This document shows, in pieces, positions 56,490 to 64,000 of a DNA stretch of 64,000 nucleotides. Source of the DNA: Armatimonadota bacterium (GTDB lineage: Bacteria; Armatimonadota; UBA5829; DSUL01); NCBI GenBank assembly GCA_039811685.1, contig JBDHZC010000006.1, positions 96,001 to 160,000 on the forward strand, given 5' to 3'. Numbering within the stretch: position 1 is the stretch's first letter; each line of letters opens with the position of its first letter. The notes beneath the pieces were generated by a model. The model worked only from the letters and a program-made list of their open reading frames with translations, had not been told where the DNA came from and searched no databases. The translations under genes were made by a program, and so were the position numbers.

Positions 56490-58184
56490 TCACTTTCCAA
56501 TCTGTCCCAGACCAACCAGTATGCCAAGGACCGCCAGGCATACCAGCGCGGTCACAATGAATCCGCCCCAGTGGACGAGCTTTGGATGCTTCGTCTCCCA
56601 GGGATGCGCCTGTGTCTCACCTGCGTATATCACGGGAACGCCAGCCTCTGTCAAACGGCCTTCCTGCCCCACCGGCGTTGTTATCAGCAGATAGAAGCGG
56701 TCCAGCTTTGAGGCAGGCTCCGGGCGCGTGAGCACGCTCACAATAACAAACACAGCAATGCCAACCGGCAGATAGCGCAGCGCCAGCGCCGGAAGGTTCT
56801 TTGGCCCGGCGAACTGCCCAAGCCACAGGGGCGCATCAGCCATGTGAGAGGCGACCAGCTTTCCCGCCGGTCCCAGAGTTGCCCACAACACCAGCATCAC
56901 GACAAAAGCCGCCCACGCTCCCGGAACGTTGGCGCGCTTCCAGACAGTGCCCCCCCAGATCAGAACACCCGTGAGTGTGGTGACTCCCCAGAACAGCGTG
57001 ACTGCCTGAGCCACGCTTCCGAGAGAACTCGCTACCAGAACACCCGCCGCCACCACTACCAGCCCCGCAAAGCGCCCGACCAGCAAGACCTGCCTGTCCG
57101 ACGCATGGGGGCGCAGGAGAGTTCTGTACAGATTATGAGAAGCAAGCGCGGAAGCGGCCACCATAAACGCGCTCAGACTCGACATTTGCGCAGCGAGAAC
57201 GGCGGCTATCATCAGTCCCGTAAATCCCTCCGGCAGCAGGCGCGCAATCGCCCATCCGAACGCGTTCTCCCGGTGCTGCTGAACGAGACCTCCGACTGCG
57301 GGATCCTGGGCGACTATGGCAGCCACGATCAGGCCGGTGAACACCCAGCCCATCGCGCAGAAGCGTTTGATCATGTTGCCGTAGGTGTAGCCTACGCGCC
57401 CCTCAAACTCGGATTTGCCCGTTGCGAAGACTTCCATAGCGCTCGGCTGAGCGACAATGCCGAGCAGATTCATAACAAAGCCGGCGGCAATCCAGGCGGG
57501 CGTCAACTCCTCCAGAGCCGTGAGGCGGAACATGTGCTCGGGAAGGGCGTGGTGAAGCCCAGAAAACCCGCCTATCTGGTGCAGTCCGAACGGGACCAAC
57601 AGAAGCGACATCACGACAATCAACAGGCCTTGAACAGATTCCGTGACGACCGTGGCGATGAGTCCGCCCGCGAATCCGTAAGCGACAAACACCAGCGTCA
57701 TCACCAGGATTGCGCCCATCTGACTGACGCGGCCGCCCGACACTGCCTCTGCGATGGTTGCCGTACCTTTCAACATAGCCGCGATTGTGACCACGAAGGT
57801 CATCACCCCCATACACGCATACAGCACAGCGAGACCATGGCTGTAGCGCGCGCGAAAGAAGTCGGCCGTGGTAAGAAAGCGGGATCGGCGGAAAAAGGGC
57901 GCCATAATCCAGAAGAACGGGGTAACCAGCAGATAGACGTACGTGTACCATACACCCGAGAGTCCGTGCTGGAAGGATGCGCCTGTGACGTTGACCGGAT
58001 CGTCCGCGTGCGTACCGGTTCCCAGCGCGTGCATCATCATGAAGAACTTATTGAAGCGACGACCACCCGCGAAGTAGTCTCCCGCGCTACGAACCTTGAC
58101 AGCCTGATAGATACCCAGAAAGGCGATGGCTGCAAGATAGAGCACAATGACGGCTATGTCTACAGTGGCGATTCGATAGGTCAC
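56490..58184 (-). CDS. Sodium:solute symporter family protein
   Basis: DYFAGGR, GGLIATVVTE..QG, GLMIAAVLAAQMSS; about 14 TM. Confidence 0.92.
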   Translation of the reverse strand: MTYRIATVDIAVIVLYLAAIAFLGIYQAVKVRSAGDYFAGGRRFNKFFMMMHALGTGTHADDPVNVTGASFQHGLSGVWYTYVYLLVTPFFWIMAPFFRRSRFLTTADFFRARYSHGLAVLYACMGVMTFVVTIAAMLKGTATIAEAVSGGRVSQMGAILVMTLVFVAYGFAGGLIATVVTESVQGLLIVVMSLLLVPFGLHQIGGFSGLHHALPEHMFRLTALEELTPAWIAAGFVMNLLGIVAQPSAMEVFATGKSEFEGRVGYTYGNMIKRFCAMGWVFTGLIVAAIVAQDPAVGGLVQQHRENAFGWAIARLLPEGFTGLMIAAVLAAQMSSLSAFMVAASALASHNLYRTLLRPHASDRQVLLVGRFAGLVVVAAGVLVASSLGSVAQAVTLFWGVTTLTGVLIWGGTVWKRANVPGAWAAFVVMLVLWATLGPAGKLVASHMADAPLWLGQFAGPKNLPALALRYLPVGIAVFVIVSVLTRPEPASKLDRFYLLITTPVGQEGRLTEAGVPVIYAGETQAHPWETKHPKLVHWGGFIVTALVCLAVLGILVGLGQIGK

Positions 58185-58286
58185 GGCAATGCTGAGCAAT
58201 TCTGCACAGCGCAGCGCTGCTCCTCTGTGAACCGTGAGGAGCCAGGTGCCTCTGAAAAGAAGACTCAGAGACAGGAGGATGAGCTT

Positions 58287-59030
58287 TTGGCCGCTATCAT
58301 AGAACTCAGAGGAGCATCAAAGACTTTCGACGATACACCAGCGCTGCACCCAACGGATCTGACCTTTGAGCGGAGCAGGACAACGGCGCTGATTGGGCCG
58401 AGCGGGTGCGGAAAATCCACGCTGTTGCGGCTGATTGTGGGCCTTCTCAGTCCGAGCGCCGGTGATGTTCTGTTCGAGGGAGAACGGCTGTCAGATGACA
58501 ACTTGCTCCAGATACGCCGCAGGATGGGATATGTGATCCAGGACGGAGGACTCTTCCCACACCTCAGCGCGCGCCAGAATGTAATGCTGATGCCCAACCA
58601 TCTTCACCTCGACAGCGCGGAAATGAAGCAGCGCTTAGGTGAGCTTTGCGAACTGACGCATCTCCCAGAAGATGCGCTGGAGCGATATCCGGTGGAGCTA
58701 TCAGGAGGGCAACGGCAGAGGGTGAGCCTGATGAGGGCGCTCATGCTGAAGCCTGACGTTCTGCTTCTGGATGAACCGCTCGCAGCGCTCGATCCACTCG
58801 TGCGCACCTCGCTTCAGACACAACTGAAAGAGATTTTTCAGCGTCTGCGTCAAACTGTGATTATGGTCACTCACGACATGGCGGAGGCTGCGTATCTAGC
58901 AGACACTATCGTGTTACTCGACAGCGGGCGCATTGTTCAGAGCGGATCGTTCCAGGACTTGCGCGAGCGTCCGGCGGCGCCATTCGTCTCCGAGTTCATT
59001 AGCGCTCAGAGAGCTCTGGTGCAGATTTGA
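58287..59030 (+). CDS. ABC ATPase of osmoprotectant/betaine-type importer
   Basis: GPSGCGKST, GYVIQDGGLFPH, YPVELSGGQRQR, LLDEP..ALDP, VTHD; TTG start after AGGAGG (the upstream part of the 728-aa ORF is antisense shadow). Confidence 0.92.
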   Translation: MAAIIELRGASKTFDDTPALHPTDLTFERSRTTALIGPSGCGKSTLLRLIVGLLSPSAGDVLFEGERLSDDNLLQIRRRMGYVIQDGGLFPHLSARQNVMLMPNHLHLDSAEMKQRLGELCELTHLPEDALERYPVELSGGQRQRVSLMRALMLKPDVLLLDEPLAALDPLVRTSLQTQLKEIFQRLRQTVIMVTHDMAEAAYLADTIVLLDSGRIVQSGSFQDLRERPAAPFVSEFISAQRALVQI

Positions 59031-60505
59031 TTCGCCTGCTCCTTCTCACAGCTCTCTTGGTTCTGAGTTGCGAGTTGCACGCGGCTCAGACGGTGGTAGT
59101 AGGATCGAAGAAGTTCACAGAGTCCTACGTGCTCGCGGAGATCGCAAAGCGGAAGCTGACGCAGTCCGGCTTTGATGTCGTCCACAAACAGGGAATGGGT
59201 GGCACGATCATTCTCTGGCAGGCGATCAAAGGCGGTGACATAGACTTCTACCCCGAGTACACCGGCACTATCGTTGAAGAGATTCTGAAATCTCGCGCCA
59301 AGCTCACATCTGCGGACATGCGGCGCGAGCTGCGACGCTTCAAAATCGGCATGACTGAGGAGCTGGGCTTCAACAACACGTATGCGCTGGTTATGCGGCG
59401 CGAGCAGGCGAAGAAGCTGGGGATAGAGTCTATCAGCGATTTGCGCAAGCATCCGGATCTGCAGGTAGGTCTGACTCATGAGTTCCTGAACCGCCAGGAC
59501 GGCTGGGGGCCTCTCAGCCGACGCTACAACCTGCACATGGCCAACGTGCGCGGCGTGGAGCACACTATCGGCTACAGCGCTCTGGCGAATGGTTCTCTGG
59601 ATGTCAAGGACGCGTACTCTACAGACGCAAAAATCGCCGAATACAACCTGATCGTTCTGAAGGACGATCTGGGCTTTTTCCCCCAGTATAAGGCTGTCTT
59701 TCTCTACCGCCTGAGCGCGCCGGAAAAGGCGATCCAGACGGTTGAATCCCTGAGCGGAACAATCAGCGAGGAGAAGATGATTCAGCTCAATGCGGAGGCT
59801 GAGCGCACGAAAAACTACGCGAGGGCGGCAGGGCTTTATTTCGCGGGCGACCACACCGGCAACGTGGCCGATCTTCAACCTTCCGTTGCTTCACAAATAG
59901 GACACTGGACGCTACAGCATCTCAGGCTGGTGGGTATCTCGCTGATTCTTGCCGTTATTGCAGGAATACCGCTAGGGATTGCCGCAAGCCGCCCCGGCCC
60001 TCTCAGCCAGACCATTCTGGGCGTAACGGGAGTCGTTCAGACCATTCCGTCTCTGGCGTTGCTCGCCGTGCTGGTGCCGCTTATGGGCATAAAGCCACAG
60101 ACGGCTATCCTGGCTCTCTTCCTGTACAGCCTGCTGCCGATTGTGCGAAACACTGCGTCCGGCCTTCAGGACATCCCCACGCCGCTGCGTGAGTCCGCCT
60201 CAGCCCTCGGCCTCGAACCGCTCGCATGTCTGAGAAAAGTTCTGCTGCCGATGGCTTCTCGCAGTATCCTGGCTGGTATTAAGACGAGCGCTGTCATCAA
60301 TGTGGGCACGGCGACGCTGGCAGCGTTGATCGGAGCGGGTGGCCTGGGCACACCTATCATCAGCGGGTTGGATCTGGCTGATGCCGGTCTTATTATGCAG
60401 GGCGCCCTGCCAGCAGCCGCTCTGGCGCTGATTGTTCAGTGGGCGTTTGACTTTTGCGACCGCTATCTGATCCCGAAGGGATTGCGACTTCAGCGGGCGA
60501 TCTAA
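59027..60505 (+). CDS. Fused substrate-binding + permease subunit of betaine-type ABC importer (candidate ergothioneine/hercynine transporter)
   Basis: Signal peptide, VGSKKFTESYVL, YPEYTGT, GFNNTYAL, DAYSTD, FFPQY; then TIPSLALL, LYSLLPIVRNT, IGAGGLG. Confidence 0.9.
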   Translation: MIRLLLLTALLVLSCELHAAQTVVVGSKKFTESYVLAEIAKRKLTQSGFDVVHKQGMGGTIILWQAIKGGDIDFYPEYTGTIVEEILKSRAKLTSADMRRELRRFKIGMTEELGFNNTYALVMRREQAKKLGIESISDLRKHPDLQVGLTHEFLNRQDGWGPLSRRYNLHMANVRGVEHTIGYSALANGSLDVKDAYSTDAKIAEYNLIVLKDDLGFFPQYKAVFLYRLSAPEKAIQTVESLSGTISEEKMIQLNAEAERTKNYARAAGLYFAGDHTGNVADLQPSVASQIGHWTLQHLRLVGISLILAVIAGIPLGIAASRPGPLSQTILGVTGVVQTIPSLALLAVLVPLMGIKPQTAILALFLYSLLPIVRNTASGLQDIPTPLRESASALGLEPLACLRKVLLPMASRSILAGIKTSAVINVGTATLAALIGAGGLGTPIISGLDLADAGLIMQGALPAAALALIVQWAFDFCDRYLIPKGLRLQRAI

Positions 60506-60550
60506 CCCGTGAGGCAGGCAATAGAACACATCCCGTAAGAAGGAGCGATT

Positions 60551-61789
60551 GTGGCGGCGGCTGAACATCTTACACGAGAGCAGAAACAAACCTCTGACAT
60601 GAGTCTGGATGTAAAAAAAGCTCGCAAAGAGACTCCGGGAACGCGCAACGTCGCGCACTTCAACAACGCGGGCGCCTCACTCATGCCCTTGCCGGTGACA
60701 GACGCTGTAAAGGCCTATCTTCAGCTTGAATCTGACATCGGCGGCTACGAAGCTGCGGCAAAGAGCGCTGAGCAGATCGGCGCAGTGTATCAGTCGGTAG
60801 CGCGTCTCCTCAATGCCAATCCGGCGGAGATCGCTCTGATGGAAAGCGCAACGCGCGCCTGGGATATGGCCTTTTACGCCCTTGACTTCAAGCCAGGCGA
60901 GCGCATTCTCACCGCGTCAAACGAGTATGCAAGCAACTTTATCGCTTTCCTTCAGGCACGGAAGCGCTATGGTGTGGACATCGGCATCGTTGAGAATGAC
61001 GAGCACGGACAGATATCGCTGGAGGCTCTGCGGGAAGCGATGGATGAGCGTGTGAAGCTGGTGGCGCTGACACACGTGGCGACTAACGACGGCCTTGTGC
61101 AGCCGGCAGAAGAGGTCGGGAAAATTGTGAAAGAGGCGGGCGCCCTTTATCTGCTGGACGCCTGCCAGTCCGCCGGACAACTCTGTCTGGATGTGCGGAA
61201 GATCCAGTGCGACTTTCTCTCAGCGACGGGACGGAAGTACCTGCGCGGGCCGCGGGGCACAGGATTTCTCTACGTGAAGCGTGAGATGATCGAAAAGCTG
61301 GAGCCTCCGCTGCTGGACCTGCAGGCCGCCAACTGGGTCTCACCGGACAGCTACGAGATCAGGGGCGACGCCCGCCGCTTCGAAGCCTTCGAGTCCAGCC
61401 TCGCCTGCCGGATGGGGCTGGGCGCGGCTGTGGATTATGCGCTGGGATGGGGAATGGAAGCGATCCAGGAGCGCATAGCAGAGCTGGCCACCGCCCTGCG
61501 AAGCGAACTGAGCAAGATTCCGGGGATTACCGTCCACGACCGGGGCGAGCGCAAAGGCGGGATTGTCACATTCGCCTCAGACAGGATTTCTCCCTCCGAG
61601 ATTCAGGATAAGCTGCGCAGCCTGTCTATCAACGTCGCTGTAACGCAAGCCCGCCACACGCGGCTGGATATGGAAGCGCGCAGGCTGGACGGACTTGTGA
61701 GGGCCTCTGTTCACTACTTCAACACCGAAGATGAGATCGCCCGGCTTGGGCTCGAGCTGGCCCGCATTCAGACCGCAGCGGCGCTTTAG
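60551..61789 (+). CDS. Class V PLP-dependent enzyme, probable ergothioneine C-S lyase (EgtE/Egt2-like)
   Basis: HFNNAGAS, DACQSAG, SATGRKYLRGPRGTG, RASVHYFN; no SufS/IscS catalytic-cysteine loop; adjacent to egtD. Confidence 0.75.
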   Translation: MAAAEHLTREQKQTSDMSLDVKKARKETPGTRNVAHFNNAGASLMPLPVTDAVKAYLQLESDIGGYEAAAKSAEQIGAVYQSVARLLNANPAEIALMESATRAWDMAFYALDFKPGERILTASNEYASNFIAFLQARKRYGVDIGIVENDEHGQISLEALREAMDERVKLVALTHVATNDGLVQPAEEVGKIVKEAGALYLLDACQSAGQLCLDVRKIQCDFLSATGRKYLRGPRGTGFLYVKREMIEKLEPPLLDLQAANWVSPDSYEIRGDARRFEAFESSLACRMGLGAAVDYALGWGMEAIQERIAELATALRSELSKIPGITVHDRGERKGGIVTFASDRISPSEIQDKLRSLSINVAVTQARHTRLDMEARRLDGLVRASVHYFNTEDEIARLGLELARIQTAAAL

Positions 61790-61792
61790 CTT

Positions 61793-62776
61793 TCAGGACG
61801 CCAAGCGCATCTGGAAATACTGCACACTGAAGTATTTCTTTTCATCCATCCAGATTTTCAGCCTCTCAAAACCCGCTGCGGCCGCAAGGTCTGCGAACTC
61901 CTCCGGAGTGTACTTGTGCGAGTTCTCCGTGTGGATGGTCTCGCCACGCTCAAAGCGCACGATGCAGTCCGCTATGTGTGCGCGCTGCTCAACAGCGCTT
62001 TCAAGGTACATCTCAATACGCCCGCGGCGCTGATTGTACAGAGCGACATGCTCCCATTTCGCCAGATCAAAGTCAGCGTCCAGCTCACTGTTGATGTGCC
62101 TGAGAATGTTCAGATTGAACTCAGCTGTCACGCCCGCAGAATCATTGTACGCGCGACTGAGCACTGCGGGGTCTTTCTTGAGGTCCACGCCAATAAGAAG
62201 AGAGCCATCCTCTCCGCAGACCTGTGCAATCCTGCGTAGAAAACCGAGCGCCTCCTCCTTCTCAAAATTGCCAATAGTGGAGCCAGGGAAATAGACACAT
62301 CTACCACGAGGCTGCTTCTGGCTGCGCGGAAGTGCAAAGCTCTGCGTGTAGTCCGCACAGACGGGAAGCACTTCGATATGAGGATAAGCCTGCGCCAGGC
62401 GCTGTGCTGAGAGCTTCAGGTGCTCTTCGGAGATGTCAATGGGCACATAGCCAGCCGGTTGAACCATTGCATCCAGCAGAATCCGTGTCTTCAGACTGCT
62501 GCCACTGCCGTACTCCACCAGCAGACACTCCTTACCGAGCAATGTGGCCATTTCTCCAGAAAAGCGCCGCATTATGCTCATTTCAGTGCGTGTCGGGTAG
62601 TACTCTTCCAGCTCGCAGATGCGGTCGAACAGCTGCGATCCGCGTTTGTCGTAGAAGAACTTGCACGGAAGAGTCTTTGGGCGATGACCCAGCCCCTGCA
62701 AGACTTCTTCCTGAAAAGATTTTGAGGAAGTCCGCTGTTCAAGGGGCTTCAGCGGAGCCGTTGCTGTCCCGCTCAC
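61793..62776 (-). CDS. egtD: L-histidine N-alpha-methyltransferase
   Basis: KTLPCKFFYD, YYPTRTE, EYGSGSSLKT, FPGSTIGNF, AYNDSAGVTAEFN, TENSHKY; GTG start overlapping the egtB stop (GTGA). Confidence 0.96.
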   Translation of the reverse strand: MSGTATAPLKPLEQRTSSKSFQEEVLQGLGHRPKTLPCKFFYDKRGSQLFDRICELEEYYPTRTEMSIMRRFSGEMATLLGKECLLVEYGSGSSLKTRILLDAMVQPAGYVPIDISEEHLKLSAQRLAQAYPHIEVLPVCADYTQSFALPRSQKQPRGRCVYFPGSTIGNFEKEEALGFLRRIAQVCGEDGSLLIGVDLKKDPAVLSRAYNDSAGVTAEFNLNILRHINSELDADFDLAKWEHVALYNQRRGRIEMYLESAVEQRAHIADCIVRFERGETIHTENSHKYTPEEFADLAAAAGFERLKIWMDEKKYFSVQYFQMRLAS

Positions 62777-64000
62777 AGGTCTTGCGCCAGCCTGATGCCC
62801 ATGAACTGCCACTGGTTCTGCGGGCGGAAGAAGTTGCGGTAGGTGCTGCGAATGTGAGAGCCGGACGTAGCGCACGAGCCGCCGCGCAACACCATCTGCC
62901 CGCTCATGAACTTTCCGTTGTACTCGCCAATCGCCCCTGGCGGTGGCTTGTACCCGTGGTAAGGCAGATAGCCGCTGCGCGTCCACTCCCACACATCTCC
63001 GTACATCTGCTCGGGGTAGTCCTTGTCCGCTTCCTGAGGCGGCTCCGGGTGGAGCAGTCCAGACTCAACGAAGTTACCTTCAATTTCCAGCACTGCCGCC
63101 GCTGTCTCCCACTGCGCTTCACTGGGAAGGCTGGCGCCAGCCCACGCCGCGTAAGCATCCGCCTCGTAGTAGCTCACGTGGCACACCGGTTCACTGTGGC
63201 GCACTGGCTGCATGCCGTGAAGGGTGAACACCTGCCACTCCCCGTCCACCTTTTCCCAGTACAGCGGCGCTTCCCAGTTCTCCTGCTGTACCAGACTCCA
63301 TCCGTCAGACAGCCACAATTCTGGACGGTGGTAGCCACTGTCCTCGATGAACTCGAGAAACTCGCCACAGCTCACCAGGCGGCTGGCCAGCGCAAAAGGT
63401 TCCAGAAACTCCCTGTGACGGGGACCTTCATTGTCGAAAATGAACTCCTGTCCGTCATTGCCGATCTCGACAATGCCGCCCGGATAGTGAATCCACTGCA
63501 GGGGCTGTGTCTGCGTTTCAGGAGTATTCTGAGCAGGGCGATACACCGGCTTCAACGGGTTTTGCGCCAGGACGTGCTTGATATCTGTGAGCAGAAGCTC
63601 CTGATGTTGCTGTTCGTGATTGAGTCCCAACATCAGCACCGGCTTTATCGTTGCCGCAGTCTCTTCGCCTGCGCTATGGATGAGGCGGTCCATTCCTTCG
63701 TCAACGTGGCGGCGGTATTCAAACACCTCTTTCACAGAAGGGCGAGAGAGCAACCCCCGGCGTGGACGCGCGTGCATTTTGCCGACAGCGTTATAGTAAG
63801 AATTGAAAAGGAAGGTGTAAAGCGGGTTGATCGGTTTGTAGTCCGCTTGTAGCCTGCTGAGCAGAAAGGTCTCGAAAAACCAGCTAGTGTGAGCCAGATG
63901 CCACTTTGTCGGGCTCACATCTGTCATAGACTGCACTACGAAATCTTCAGGAATCAGCGTGGCGCATAAATCTTCGGTAAAGCGCCTCACATCCTGGTAG
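62773..64000 (-). CDS. egtB: Ergothioneine sulfoxide synthase (5' end outside the window)
   Basis: QSMTDVSPTKWHLAH, FNSYY, HEQQHQE (HxxxH), FDNEGP, GDVWEW, EYNGKFM, RGGSCAT; frame open to the window edge. Confidence 0.95.
   Translation of the reverse strand, partial: YQDVRRFTEDLCATLIPEDFVVQSMTDVSPTKWHLAHTSWFFETFLLSRLQADYKPINPLYTFLFNSYYNAVGKMHARPRRGLLSRPSVKEVFEYRRHVDEGMDRLIHSAGEETAATIKPVLMLGLNHEQQHQELLLTDIKHVLAQNPLKPVYRPAQNTPETQTQPLQWIHYPGGIVEIGNDGQEFIFDNEGPRHREFLEPFALASRLVSCGEFLEFIEDSGYHRPELWLSDGWSLVQQENWEAPLYWEKVDGEWQVFTLHGMQPVRHSEPVCHVSYYEADAYAAWAGASLPSEAQWETAAAVLEIEGNFVESGLLHPEPPQEADKDYPEQMYGDVWEWTRSGYLPYHGYKPPPGAIGEYNGKFMSGQMVLRGGSCATSGSHIRSTYRNFFRPQNQWQFMGIRLAQDL

Noticed and set aside
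56844..58286. 728-aa ORF that looks like a long N-terminal fusion to the ABC ATPase
   Set aside because: The upstream part is the antisense shadow of the sodium:solute symporter. A good SD and a TTG at 58287 mark the real start.
60551..61789. Cysteine desulfurase SufS/IscS
   Set aside because: It lacks the catalytic cysteine loop (RxGxHC / SSGSAC), has no suf/isc neighbours, and lies next to egtD.
62332..63852. 506-aa plus-strand ORF
   Set aside because: It is antisense to egtB/egtD, has no recognisable motifs, and is typical of shadow ORFs in GC-rich DNA.
1..64000. CRISPR arrays, tRNA/rRNA genes, IS elements, prophage or defence systems
   Set aside because: I saw no regularly spaced repeats, cloverleaf or T-loop signatures in intergenic DNA, and no transposase, integrase or phage-like ORFs. 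This was a manual inspection only.

Overview
A GC-rich (~60%) bacterial chromosomal segment of mixed housekeeping and accessory genes. It is probably from an Armatimonadota-like diderm; this is inferred from DUF1559-type prepilin-like genes, a PEP-CTERM protein, TolC, jag next to yidC and a stand-alone LuxR HTH. Core genes are rpmH-rnpA-yidD-yidC-jag-mnmE, ispE-NTP transferase-dxs, an isolated dnaA (no dnaN, no obvious DnaA-box cluster), cca-smpB and rlmN. Accessory blocks are a secreted clan GH-A glycoside hydrolase with an apparent CTG start, a TolC/adaptor/MacB-permease exporter lacking an ATPase, two ECF sigma/anti-sigma modules, an ABC-2 exporter, tandem thymidylate-kinase-like genes, a GT2/flippase/FAD-oxidoreductase trio, and an ergothioneine locus (egtB-egtD convergent with a betaine-type ABC importer and a PLP C-S lyase). 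The best candidate for an undescribed system is a tightly coupled six-gene operon of uncharacterised membrane proteins (19530-23586, DUF6754-like core, own promoter) followed by a secreted six-heme cytochrome c. Also notable are a bacterial translin/TRAX gene beside cca and smpB, a ~450-nt structured leader before the PEP-CTERM gene, and a twin-hairpin leader before an orphan 87-aa gene. I saw no tRNA, rRNA, CRISPR array or mobile element. All domain names come from motif recognition by eye, not from database searches.
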